The notes under the pieces were generated by a model. It was not told the DNA's origin, made no database searches, and was given only the letters and a program-made list of their open reading frames with translations. Of a DNA stretch of 64,000 nucleotides, positions 27,527-36,222 are shown piece after piece. A program made the position numbers and the translations under genes. Each line of letters opens with the position of its first letter. The first letter of the stretch is position 1. The DNA comes from a virus (Duplodnaviria; Caudoviricetes), in the IMG/VR virus record IMGVR_UViG_3300017778_007091, positions 1-64,000 of that record. One strand, written 5' to 3'.

Positions 27527-28702
27527 TCACCCCATGAAAATTGCTTTTCCGTTTGGAATTGGTATCTTGTTAAGCTGCTTCATAAGGTTTTCTGACCTTG
27601 TTGCAGCATTCTCTATCAGCTTGTCGTAGGTAAGAGTTTCAAGCATCTCTCTGAGTTTTGTTAAAAGATTTGCCTTGTCTTCTCTGCCTTTGGTAACAAG
27701 ATCACCTCCGTTCAATGTTACTGTACCGCCTGGAATTGGGACAGTTGTGAACTTATTTCTGATCATTCCAAGCTGTTCCATGCTGAGTGCTAGTGTGTAT
27801 TGTCTTATCCACTGCAATCCCATGCTATTAATTCTCGCGTATGTCAAATTTCCAAAAGGTATGTTGGAAAGATTATTGACACCATACAATGTGTCATCTT
27901 GAAAACTAGGATTGACAGGATCTTGAAAGTACTTAACTCTTATGAATAGTCTTTTTGCAGGTGAAGTTACCTGCGTCGGAGTTGGGAATATTCTAATCTT
28001 TGTACCGATCACTTGGTATGAGTAATTGGAACGCCTAACTCTGTTAGAGAGGTCTAACATGCCTGCTCTTAAGACATCTTCAAATACAGGCAAAACATAG
28101 AATATTGTCTCAGGTGTGAATGACTCAAATCCGAATTCATTGTTAAGATAATTGATCGCTGATGTTGTGTCAAAGAATCTATATGCTGCTGACGGATTGA
28201 AGTGAAACACTTCCATGATGCGCATCTTAGTCTTGGGTGATGTATTTGATGATGAATTAAACATCACTGCGCCAGTTGAATCAACAAGATCTGTATAGAG
28301 GTCGTAGTCTTGAACTCCAGGAATCAGCGCAATGGATCCTGAGAACATATTGTAAGATCCTCCAATCCCAGCCTCAGATGCGTAAGGATCTGCAAATCTT
28401 GCAAGATACTCAAGGCTTTCTCTTGGGTAGACTGATTGTAAGTTTTGAGATCCGGTACTGTAGCCAAGATAAGTTAAAAGTGTTGACTTAGCTTGATACT
28501 GATTAAGGATGTTGCTATACTCAAAACAAGCTTCTTCGAGGTTTGCCCAGACCTGCTTTTTTGTCAATTCAACAGAAAGAACATCGTCACCTAACTTTCG
28601 CTTGACGAAGACAACCATCTTGTCTGCGTCTGTTTGAAATGACGTATCTGTGTCGAATGCACCGAAAGGTGTTGGACTTGGTGTATTTACAAATGAGGAC
28701 AT
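27527..28702 (-). CDS. Neck / head-tail adaptor protein (gp13-like)
   Basis: KRKLG....VELT..Q....LEEA; WIRQYTLAL..EQLG.IR.KF...IPGG..TLNG..L. Confidence 0.8.
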   Translation of the reverse strand: MSSFVNTPSPTPFGAFDTDTSFQTDADKMVVFVKRKLGDDVLSVELTKKQVWANLEEACFEYSNILNQYQAKSTLLTYLGYSTGSQNLQSVYPRESLEYLARFADPYASEAGIGGSYNMFSGSIALIPGVQDYDLYTDLVDSTGAVMFNSSSNTSPKTKMRIMEVFHFNPSAAYRFFDTTSAINYLNNEFGFESFTPETIFYVLPVFEDVLRAGMLDLSNRVRRSNYSYQVIGTKIRIFPTPTQVTSPAKRLFIRVKYFQDPVNPSFQDDTLYGVNNLSNIPFGNLTYARINSMGLQWIRQYTLALSMEQLGMIRNKFTTVPIPGGTVTLNGGDLVTKGREDKANLLTKLREMLETLTYDKLIENAATRSENLMKQLNKIPIPNGKAIFMG

Positions 28703-28746
28703 GACGGCACCTAGATGTAAATATCACGATGCCACAAACGAGTAAG

Positions 28747-28914
28747 TCAAGAGCTTCTTTTAGATTTTGATATTTCTATTGCTGCTAGCTGACGTTTTGC
28801 TTTTGACTTTGACGAATGAGTGCCTAAACGCTTTCCACCCTTCTTGGGATAAACAACCCATTTATCATTAATGTGTTTGATTATCTCACGTATGAGCTCG
28901 TGAAAAAGTTTCAA
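28747..28914 (-). CDS. Small basic protein (55 aa), not in the ORF track
   Basis: Hand translation from a TTG overlapping the upstream TGA: MKLFHELIREIIKHINDKWVVYPKKGGKRLGTHSSKSKAKRQLAAIEISKSKRSS; fills the gap exactly. Confidence 0.7.
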   Translation of the reverse strand: MKLFHELIREIIKHINDKWVVYPKKGGKRLGTHSSKSKAKRQLAAIEISKSKRSS

Positions 28915-29201
28915 CGCTTGCCTTTCTTTGAATTATTTTTAAAATTACTGTGTTGCCCAGAAAAAGCTTCTTTTTGAATCTTTACAGGCGCAGCTTCGAC
29001 AACAGGCGCTTCTTCAACTTCACGTTCTTCAACATCGACTTCATCGGTTAAGACTTCGTCATTATTAGATTCGTTATTATCGACAGCCTCAGCTACGTCT
29101 AAAAGATCATTTACTGCTGTTTCAAGAGACTGGACAGCATCTTCTACGACAACAGGCGCCAGAGACTCAACTTCTTTCTGCGTAAGATAACGTATTGCCA
29201 T
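28911..29201 (-). CDS. Hypothetical acidic protein with basic C-terminus
   Basis: ORF track 28911-29243; start refined to the ATG at 29201 (SD GGAGA, two late motifs upstream). Confidence 0.6.
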   Translation of the reverse strand: MAIRYLTQKEVESLAPVVVEDAVQSLETAVNDLLDVAEAVDNNESNNDEVLTDEVDVEEREVEEAPVVEAAPVKIQKEAFSGQHSNFKNNSKKGKR

Positions 29202-29242
29202 GATTTCTCCATATGGATTAATTATAACATAAATATCACGCA

Positions 29243-29273
29243 ATAAAAAACTCGCCGTCTCTGACGGCGAGTT
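29243..29273 (-). terminator. Intrinsic terminator
   Basis: Stem AACTCGCCGTC/GACGGCGAGTT, loop AGA, followed by TTTTATT. Confidence 0.85.
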
Positions 29274-29289
29274 GATTATAGAAGGCTAA

Positions 29290-29724
29290 TCAGCCGCCAG
29301 AGATACCTATTGATCCTGATGCTGCTGCAAGGCAGAAACTAAAACCGTCAGAGACGAGAGTCACCGAGCTATTCTGAAGTGCTGGAAAGGTAACCAAGCT
29401 GCCGAACCCGTCGGGAGTAGCGCCGGCTTGTCCGCAAAAGACCTTCTTACCGCCAACTTCTGCTGAGCCGGTGAGCTTGTGCTGGCGTGGGCTTGCATTT
29501 GCTTGTCTAAAGATGAAGACACCGCCGGGGACAGAAGCCGCGAGGGGCATCACAACGGTGATGTCGCCGTCGGCCTTGCTAAGGAGGTAAACTCCTGGTG
29601 CGTCTACAGTTGCTGGCGTTGCTGTGATTGTCTGGACAGGTGAGAATGGGGTTGTCTCGAACTGAATGCCTGTGCCGGTTGTCTGGTAAAGGCCTTCTGA
29701 CTCTGTGTAATTAACTTTGGGCAT
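29290..29724 (-). CDS. Small beta-rich virion-type protein, possible head decoration protein
   Basis: 144 aa, Gly/Thr/Ala-rich; strong SD AGGAGG, own late motif and terminator; high-expression codon usage. Confidence 0.6.
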   Translation of the reverse strand: MPKVNYTESEGLYQTTGTGIQFETTPFSPVQTITATPATVDAPGVYLLSKADGDITVVMPLAASVPGGVFIFRQANASPRQHKLTGSAEVGGKKVFCGQAGATPDGFGSLVTFPALQNSSVTLVSDGFSFCLAAASGSIGISGG

Positions 29725-29803
29725 GTGAACCTCCTATGCTCCGAATGCTTCCAACCCCCTGTCGGTGTCAGGTGTTCACTAGATTGGGCCTATTGGTAAT
29801 TAT
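29725..29803 (-). promoter_or_regulatory. Late promoter motif plus structured 5' leader sequestering the RBS
   Basis: GATAATTA at 29797-29804; GTGAAC-A-CCT pairs with AGG-AG-GTTCAC next to the ATG; inner hairpin CCGAC/GTTGG. Confidence 0.45.
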
Positions 29804-29922
29804 CAGCTCATCTTAAAAAAATCGTCAGTGTGACTCTATTTTTGTCAGAGATCATTAGATGCATCCTTAAAGGAAAACCAAACGCTGTGTAAATAAATCA
29901 AACAGGCACATCTGCATTCAAT

Positions 29923-31227
29923 CTATTTGTCAGATCTTTTTTCTGCCCATATTGGTAGATATTGGTAGTAACGTTCTATCTGCTCATCAAACTCAGACTT
30001 TCTAGATAGTAAGTCAGGAAAAGCGTCATAATAAGCATTCATCATTGCTTCCTTGACTTCACGATCTAATGCGAAGTTTGAACGCTCTGTTGACTGTGCG
30101 ATTGTAATTCTAATGTCGTCAGGAGGAATTGGCTTGATTTCAACAGAGAAACACTTATAGAATAAAGATTCAAAAACAGATACGTAGATTGACTTACCGC
30201 CCATTTCATTGTCACCTATGTATTTCTTCATAAGCGCTAGCGTGCCAAGATAAGAGTGGAATTGATCAAGCTCGTCGGGTGTAGGGTCTACGCCAAAAAG
30301 CATCTTGAAACCCTGTGATGTCTCGAGTATTGTGTCGTCTGAAACTTTAATGTCCATGTAGACATCAACATCTTCAACTCTACCTAACATCTCACGGGCT
30401 CGGCGGAATCCATAGTCTGTAGAAAACGTATAGAGCGTTATTTCATCTGATTCGCCTGACTTTGAGATCTTGATCTTGTCTTTTGTCGAAGACGGTGTTG
30501 CCTTTTTTCCTGGAACGCGCGTGAGCTTAGATGTCAAAGAAGAAATAAGATAATTTTTTGCAAATCCTTTGATTCCTAACATCATGTCTGTTGCACTTGA
30601 TCCATGCGAGTGAACAATTGATGAGTGAGGGACACCTTCTTCGGTAAAGCGTGCTTTGACAAAGTCGATCTGCATATTAAGTTCTGCAGTCTCTCCTGTA
30701 TCTTCGTCTTTGAAATTGTAGACAAATAGAGAATTTATCTGATTGCCAACAGCGTCGGCATCAATCTGCCCTATGTAGTCAATGCTGCGGCCTTCAGGTA
30801 AATCTAAAATCTTTTGACCTTCAAGCTCTTGCAACATATTAAAGAGGCTAACATAAGTTTCACGTGGTATGTAGACATCAATGTCACCTAGCTTTTTCTT
30901 CTTTGTTGCAAAAAGCTCATCGTGTGATTCAAGATCAAAAAATACTGCTGATGAGCCTCCAAAACCTACACCTGACAGGATCTTTTCGATAACATCAGGT
31001 CGATATAGGTGTTGTTCGTTACCTAGATTTGCTGTAAATTGACTGTATCGTTGGTCTAAATTTCTAAATAATAACCGCAGATCTTTGACAAATCTATCTC
31101 TGTGCACTCTTGCGATCTCTATTTTATCTGCCTGCCGGCCACCGACTTGAACATTACCGCCTTCGTCAAGGTCACTGGTCTCTTGTAGAACATGTCTAAT
31201 AAAGCTTCTTAAGGATGTCAGTATCAT
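29923..31227 (-). CDS. Pol-beta-superfamily nucleotidyltransferase-like protein with putative head-targeting N-terminus
   Basis: GFGGSS...GDIDV (GS + DxD) and a third acidic residue in QIDF; N-terminus LRSFIRHVLQE...LDEGGN. Start refined to the ATG at 31227. Confidence 0.65.
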   Translation of the reverse strand: MILTSLRSFIRHVLQETSDLDEGGNVQVGGRQADKIEIARVHRDRFVKDLRLLFRNLDQRYSQFTANLGNEQHLYRPDVIEKILSGVGFGGSSAVFFDLESHDELFATKKKKLGDIDVYIPRETYVSLFNMLQELEGQKILDLPEGRSIDYIGQIDADAVGNQINSLFVYNFKDEDTGETAELNMQIDFVKARFTEEGVPHSSIVHSHGSSATDMMLGIKGFAKNYLISSLTSKLTRVPGKKATPSSTKDKIKISKSGESDEITLYTFSTDYGFRRAREMLGRVEDVDVYMDIKVSDDTILETSQGFKMLFGVDPTPDELDQFHSYLGTLALMKKYIGDNEMGGKSIYVSVFESLFYKCFSVEIKPIPPDDIRITIAQSTERSNFALDREVKEAMMNAYYDAFPDLLSRKSEFDEQIERYYQYLPIWAEKRSDK

Positions 31228-31244
31228 GTGTCTAAATATAACGT

Positions 31245-31279
31245 CAAAAACAAAAACGGCCACCCCGAAGGGTGGCCGC
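31245..31279 (-). terminator. Intrinsic terminator downstream of the major capsid gene
   Basis: GCGGCCACCC-TTCG-GGGTGGCCGT followed by TTTTGTTTTTG. Confidence 0.92.
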
Positions 31280-31303
31280 CTTGCGCCTTTATCGGCTAGA
31301 ACA

Positions 31304-33235
31304 TCAGATGATGTTCATGTCTAAACACGTGACTGTGCCGTAGAAGTCGCTGCGGACCATCTTCTTGCCGTAGCGAGTCATCACGCCCTTACGTGGGGTG
31401 AAGTCCTCTGGAGCGAAGATGGTAGGAGTGACGATGAGTGGGACGTAAGGAGCATAGACGTAGCCGGTCTCGAGGTAGCTGCCGCCCTTGTAACCGATAA
31501 GGATCTTGTTACGGGGGAAGTAGGGGTCCTTGTAGACTGTGAAGCGGTTGCTCAGGCTGCCGATAGGTGCTGCACCGATCGAGAAGGAGGAACCGACCTG
31601 GCCCTGACCGTCGAGGCTGTAGCTAGGCTTGTAGAGGACCGAAGCCTCGAGGACGGTTGCCACATCGGGTGAAACCACGATGAAGTTGGCCGAACCACGA
31701 AGAGTCTTGCGGTGGATCTCGTTGGCGACGTCGATGATGGTCTCTGTGAGAGTCTCGTACCACTCACGGACTGTACCGGTGAAGTTAGGACCAGGTGCAG
31801 TGACGAGAGATGAGGTGACTGTGCGAAGAATCTCGGCACCAGAGGTCTTGTTGACGAACTTGCCTGGTGAACGTGACCAGTAGTAGTTAGCGCCATTGGC
31901 CTGGGTGAGGAGGTCATTGAGGATCTCACGGTCGATCTCGAGAGCGATCTGCTCAGAGAGGATCTGAGTGAGCTCGACCTCTGCATCCAGTGAGTGGTAT
32001 GCATTGAGGTCCTGAGCCAATTCTGGCGACCAACGAGCCCTGAGCTTACGAGTCGAAGCGGTGACCGCAATTGACTCAATCTTGATGTCGATCTCGGGGA
32101 TGATTGGGCTGGGTGCTGACTGGAAATCAGACTCGAACGAGGGGATGACGAGAGTGTCACCGGAAGTGCCTGGAGTTGCAAATGAGTCTGCGATTGCGAA
32201 CGATGCCGTGAGGAATGTTGCGTCAGATGTGCTTGCAGCTGGGAGGTAGGTTCCGGAGACGACCATGAGGATCGCCGAGGTGTTGAGTGTGATGTCAACA
32301 AGCGGATTGACTGTGAAGGCTGCACCGTCCCAAGAACCGAGCTGATTGAGGCGGCGGATGTTGAGGATGTTTGAACCACCCTGTACTGTGTCGCCGATAG
32401 CCTTGAGGCCTGTTGAAGCTGCAGCTGTTGCTGAGAAGAGTGAGACGTCCTTGACCTGAGTTGAGTCGAAGACTTCGCCTTGACTTCCAGAGAGGCTGTC
32501 TGTACCGATGACAAGGAATTGGAACTGGCCGTTACCGCTGAGTGTGGTGTCAGCTTCGATGAGGTTGGTGACCTGTGGGTCGAACTGGAGGAGACGACCG
32601 TCGGTTCCTGTAGCGTGAGCCTTGGCACCGTTGGTGAAAGTTGCACTGCCGGCGAAAGCACCCGAAGCGAGGAGGTCAAGTCCCGATGCGAACTTGTGAA
32701 CCTTGCTGTAGGTTGTGCCGACGAGATCGTACTGACCGCCAGTTGCGAGAGATCCGCTCTGGATGCCGCGGCCGGTGGGGTTGTTGTAGATCGACTGGCC
32801 TGACTTGTAGGTGGCTGTACTTGTAGCTGAAGTACCGTTGGTGAGGCTTGCATCGCCACCAATGTCTGTTCCGTAGGTGTAGTCCAGGTAGAAGAGGAGA
32901 CCGGAGGGGAGGCTCATGGGCTGGATGGAGACCAGCTCATTTGCGACCAGGCCACCGAAGACACGGCGGACGATTGGGAATGCGATTGAGGTGAAACCAC
33001 GGAGGTCGCCAGAAGAAGAAAGGTTGCCACCGCCCTGTGAGAGGCTGTTGCTCTCACGGAGGACCTGTGCTGCCTGGTTCTCGAGGAGGCGTGCCATGTT
33101 GTCACGCTTGACGCCTTCGAGGCCGCGAAGGAGGCCGGTGCGAGTCCACTTCTCAACGAGGCGGTTGCCTTCCGCGCTGTTATTGCGGTCGGAAATACCC
33201 TCTGTGAGAGTCTTAAGAGAAAATGACTTAGACAT
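31304..33235 (-). CDS. gp23: Major capsid protein (T4 gp23-like)
   Basis: FPIVRRVFGGLVANELVSIQPMSLPSGLLFYLDY; RKLRARWSPELAQDL.AYHSLDAEVELT.ILSE.I.LEIDREI; YAPYVPL; GVMTRYG; SD AAGGAG. Confidence 0.97.
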   Translation of the reverse strand: MSKSFSLKTLTEGISDRNNSAEGNRLVEKWTRTGLLRGLEGVKRDNMARLLENQAAQVLRESNSLSQGGGNLSSSGDLRGFTSIAFPIVRRVFGGLVANELVSIQPMSLPSGLLFYLDYTYGTDIGGDASLTNGTSATSTATYKSGQSIYNNPTGRGIQSGSLATGGQYDLVGTTYSKVHKFASGLDLLASGAFAGSATFTNGAKAHATGTDGRLLQFDPQVTNLIEADTTLSGNGQFQFLVIGTDSLSGSQGEVFDSTQVKDVSLFSATAAASTGLKAIGDTVQGGSNILNIRRLNQLGSWDGAAFTVNPLVDITLNTSAILMVVSGTYLPAASTSDATFLTASFAIADSFATPGTSGDTLVIPSFESDFQSAPSPIIPEIDIKIESIAVTASTRKLRARWSPELAQDLNAYHSLDAEVELTQILSEQIALEIDREILNDLLTQANGANYYWSRSPGKFVNKTSGAEILRTVTSSLVTAPGPNFTGTVREWYETLTETIIDVANEIHRKTLRGSANFIVVSPDVATVLEASVLYKPSYSLDGQGQVGSSFSIGAAPIGSLSNRFTVYKDPYFPRNKILIGYKGGSYLETGYVYAPYVPLIVTPTIFAPEDFTPRKGVMTRYGKKMVRSDFYGTVTCLDMNII

Positions 33236-33253
33236 TTGAAATACTCCTTAAAA

Positions 33254-34627
33254 TTACTTAATTCCTGCCAGTGTTGCCCAACGATCAAGCTCGGTAGACT
33301 CATTGAGCCTTGTGCTGCTGCCTGATGTGGTGGGACGTGACGACTGGCCAGGTGAGAGTCTACGTGCTGATTCAGTCAAAGACGCAGAATTACGTCTTGG
33401 AAGAGACTCAGATAGGCTCTTGTAAATTATCTTTGCCTCTCTAAGCGTCTTTGCGCCGTCAAGAGCTTCAACAACGGCACGTCTTTGATCTGACGTGACC
33501 TCTGATGCTTGTGTAAGCTTATTGACATAAAGCAATTTTGCATTAAAGAGATTTAGATCTGAGAGTTGCTCACGGAGCGTTTCAATGCCGTTCCTGTATT
33601 CATTGAGCTGTTGCTGGAGATCACGATTCTTGCGGACCTCATTGTTATATGCTTCCTTGATATTGGCAAATTTGTTCATGACAATTTTATCCATCTCTTG
33701 GAGTTTTCCGCCACCGAAAGCGTCAGCTGCTGCTTGTGCGGGGTTTTTGGCTTTCTTTGCCTTGGATGACTTTGCTTCACGGAGCTTGAAAAGCTCTGAG
33801 CGAAGCATGTTTTCATCAATTTCGTAAACTGCAGACTCGACTGCTCCTTCTTCAGGCGCAGGCTCAGACTCACCATCCTCGGGAGGTGCCTCTTCGTCTT
33901 CCTCAGGCTCCATAACTTCGACTTCTTCTTCTTCTTCATCAGAGTCAGAAACTAAAACCGAATATGGGTTTTCTCTGTCAAGAGTTACGTCATTCCCGAA
34001 ATCGATAACGATTTTATCTTCATTAATCGCATCAAGATCAAGCTCGTAGATTTTTTCTTTCATTGACTTGCTCATTGTCTTGTCTCCTGATGCTGATTGT
34101 TTCGCATCTTTTGATTTGCTAGCCCTAGACATCCTTTGCATATCTAGGTCTATCTCGTGCATACTTTCTTCATCATTGCTAGTTTTATCATCTTTAATCA
34201 TCTCAAGCAATGCGATCTGATCTTCTGCACTCAGTTTATTGAAGACTTCTCGAAGGTCTTCGATCTTTGTCCTTGCGTTATTCTTTTTGGTGAAAAGATC
34301 GACGAGCGACGCCAATGCAGACTCGCTAAGCTCAACTTCATCGCTCTGCTCGTCGGCTTCTTCCATCTTTTCTTTCTTTGCCTTGCCCGGTGGGACAAGA
34401 ACATCTTCGTCACTACCATCATCGTCAGATTCGCTAAGAGCGCTCATTATGAAATCATGTGAATCACGCTCAGAAACAAGCGCAGAATCACCAATAAGCT
34501 GTGACTCTATAAACTGCTTAATCTTTGGCGTGACTGCCTCAAGAATTGCGCTCTTCGCGTTTTGTTCGGCAACTTCGCGCAATTGCTTTGCGTCTGCTAT
34601 TGCCTCCTCAAACAGCGATTTAGACAT
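33254..34627 (-). CDS. Prohead core / scaffolding protein
   Basis: Acidic coiled-coil protein directly upstream of the capsid gene; LFNAKLLY.NK, EALD.AKTLREAK.IY..L.ES, ends RWATLAGIK. Confidence 0.8.
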   Translation of the reverse strand: MSKSLFEEAIADAKQLREVAEQNAKSAILEAVTPKIKQFIESQLIGDSALVSERDSHDFIMSALSESDDDGSDEDVLVPPGKAKKEKMEEADEQSDEVELSESALASLVDLFTKKNNARTKIEDLREVFNKLSAEDQIALLEMIKDDKTSNDEESMHEIDLDMQRMSRASKSKDAKQSASGDKTMSKSMKEKIYELDLDAINEDKIVIDFGNDVTLDRENPYSVLVSDSDEEEEEVEVMEPEEDEEAPPEDGESEPAPEEGAVESAVYEIDENMLRSELFKLREAKSSKAKKAKNPAQAAADAFGGGKLQEMDKIVMNKFANIKEAYNNEVRKNRDLQQQLNEYRNGIETLREQLSDLNLFNAKLLYVNKLTQASEVTSDQRRAVVEALDGAKTLREAKIIYKSLSESLPRRNSASLTESARRLSPGQSSRPTTSGSSTRLNESTELDRWATLAGIK

Positions 34628-34658
34628 TTGAACTCCTGTACGTCATTTAATTATATGT

Positions 34659-35219
34659 TTACTTGTCATCTTTCTGCGACATTTTAATCATGAGGTTTGC
34701 TTTAAGTAAAGATCTCTTATCGGGATCGATTGAATCAAATATATCATTGATTCTGATTTTGTCTCCAATTGGATCAAAATCTTGTGCTTGAGACCAACCT
34801 CGTGTTGTCGCATTAAGCATTTTGCCAGGTCCGGTCCTGTAGGCAAAGTTTGTTTTAGTCCCACCTGTCGCAGGACCATCAAAATGCTTATAAAGTGTGC
34901 TGAATGGAAAGGGTGAGATGCCTTGTTTTATTTCAATCTCATGTAAGTAGCTTTCAAATAGATCGAGACGCACCTTTGTAAGTGAGCTTCTATCATTTCG
35001 CCACTGTGCTGGGCCGCGTGCTATAGAACTCATACCTGTTTTCTTCACGATGGCATCAACAAGTTCTGGATCTTCTTCGTCATCATAATGCTTATCAACA
35101 ACATCGTATGGATACGTCGATGGTGCTGGATAAGATTGTCCCGAAGATTTTGTCTTCGTAGTACCATATCCAGCACCAGTATTGGCGTCGCCTAAGCGAT
35201 TATGAACGACGCGCATCAT
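34659..35219 (-). CDS. Hypothetical protein (head cluster)
   Basis: 186-aa ORF, SD-led, fills the gap. Confidence 0.65.
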   Translation of the reverse strand: MMRVVHNRLGDANTGAGYGTTKTKSSGQSYPAPSTYPYDVVDKHYDDEEDPELVDAIVKKTGMSSIARGPAQWRNDRSSLTKVRLDLFESYLHEIEIKQGISPFPFSTLYKHFDGPATGGTKTNFAYRTGPGKMLNATTRGWSQAQDFDPIGDKIRINDIFDSIDPDKRSLLKANLMIKMSQKDDK

Positions 35220-35225
35220 GGCGGT

Positions 35226-35807
35226 TTAAGTCACTACCTCGTCGCTTGTTGTATATGAATAGTCTCTACCTAAAGATGAGGCTAATGTCTGAGTTGCTAT
35301 AGAAGTAGATGAATTATTTGGTGAGATAGTTGTTCCGCCGCCGCGACCGAACTGCTTTGTCGTTGCCGTGAAGGCATCTGGAAGCGATCCGGCAAAAGGC
35401 GCTTGGTCTCTTGCGTCAAGTGATCCGGGCCCGGGTGATGTCAAATTAGGAACGTATGCTGAAGCTGGGTTTCCAAGACCTGGAAATTCTGCCGCTGTTG
35501 GCACATTATCATAATTTGGCGGGTCATTCTCACCGAAATTCAAATTAACTTCGGAACTGAAGCCGTAGTAGCCTGCAGTTCCCTGTATGTCTCCTGTAGG
35601 TGAAACATAGGTTGTTGATCCTACAGTGAGCTCCGCATTGCCTTGAAGCAATGCGGGCCCATAGACGTTTCGAACAGGATCGGTAGCGTAGTTAGGATCG
35701 TAGAGCGGCGAGCCAGGAAACATGCTTTCCAAATTTACTTTATTGCGATGTCCAAGGCCACCGATGGCGACGCCATCATCATCAGGTCGTGTTGTGATTG
35801 ATCTCAT
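35226..35807 (-). CDS. Hypothetical Gly/Pro-rich protein (head cluster)
   Basis: 193 aa; late motif GATAATTA and SD AGGAGG. Confidence 0.7.
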   Translation of the reverse strand: MRSITTRPDDDGVAIGGLGHRNKVNLESMFPGSPLYDPNYATDPVRNVYGPALLQGNAELTVGSTTYVSPTGDIQGTAGYYGFSSEVNLNFGENDPPNYDNVPTAAEFPGLGNPASAYVPNLTSPGPGSLDARDQAPFAGSLPDAFTATTKQFGRGGGTTISPNNSSTSIATQTLASSLGRDYSYTTSDEVVT

Positions 35808-35835
35808 AGATCCTCCTACAGCTAATTATCTAGTC

Positions 35836-36171
35836 TCAGAGAGTGTCGATGATCTTCTTGCGAAGAGCGATACGACGCTCCTGGACGAGAGCGAGCTGGC
35901 GCTTAAGCTTGACTTCAGTCTCCTTGAGTGCCTTGTAACCCTCAACATCTCCTGGGCCGTTGCCGTCACCTTTAACAGGTTTCTCACTTGATGCGTGAGT
36001 ACGCTTCTTAGCATGCGAGACATTGCTAGGATCTTCCCAGCCTGACTCGTCCATGTCGAGGTGCATTTCTCTAGCAGCTGCCTTGTTTGCCTTGAGCATC
36101 TCGCCTTCAAGTTTCTTCTTCTCCTCAAGCACCATTCTCTTGAGCATTGTAGGTGTAAGCTTAATTGCCAT
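35836..36171 (-). CDS. Hypothetical charged protein (head cluster)
   Basis: 111 aa; late motif GATATTTA and SD AGGAG; N-terminus KLTPTMLKRMVLEE. Confidence 0.7.
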   Translation of the reverse strand: MAIKLTPTMLKRMVLEEKKKLEGEMLKANKAAAREMHLDMDESGWEDPSNVSHAKKRTHASSEKPVKGDGNGPGDVEGYKALKETEVKLKRQLALVQERRIALRKKIIDTL

Positions 36172-36222
36172 AATTAACTCCTGTGGGGTACATTTTATAA
36201 ATATCTTTAACGATCATTTTTT

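Noticed and set aside
7924-28702. Tailocin or extracellular contractile injection system suggested by the multiple sheaths
   Set aside because: Complete head, portal, terminase and replication modules are contiguous, so this is a phage
29804-29922. Small ORF or ncRNA in the gap after the nucleotidyltransferase
   Set aside because: Only 16-18-codon frames without SD and no stable stems
31552-32862. 436-aa Ser-rich ORF overlapping the capsid gene on the same strand
   Set aside because: An off-frame shadow explained by the capsid gene's C-ending codon bias; no SD, promoter or protein-like motifs
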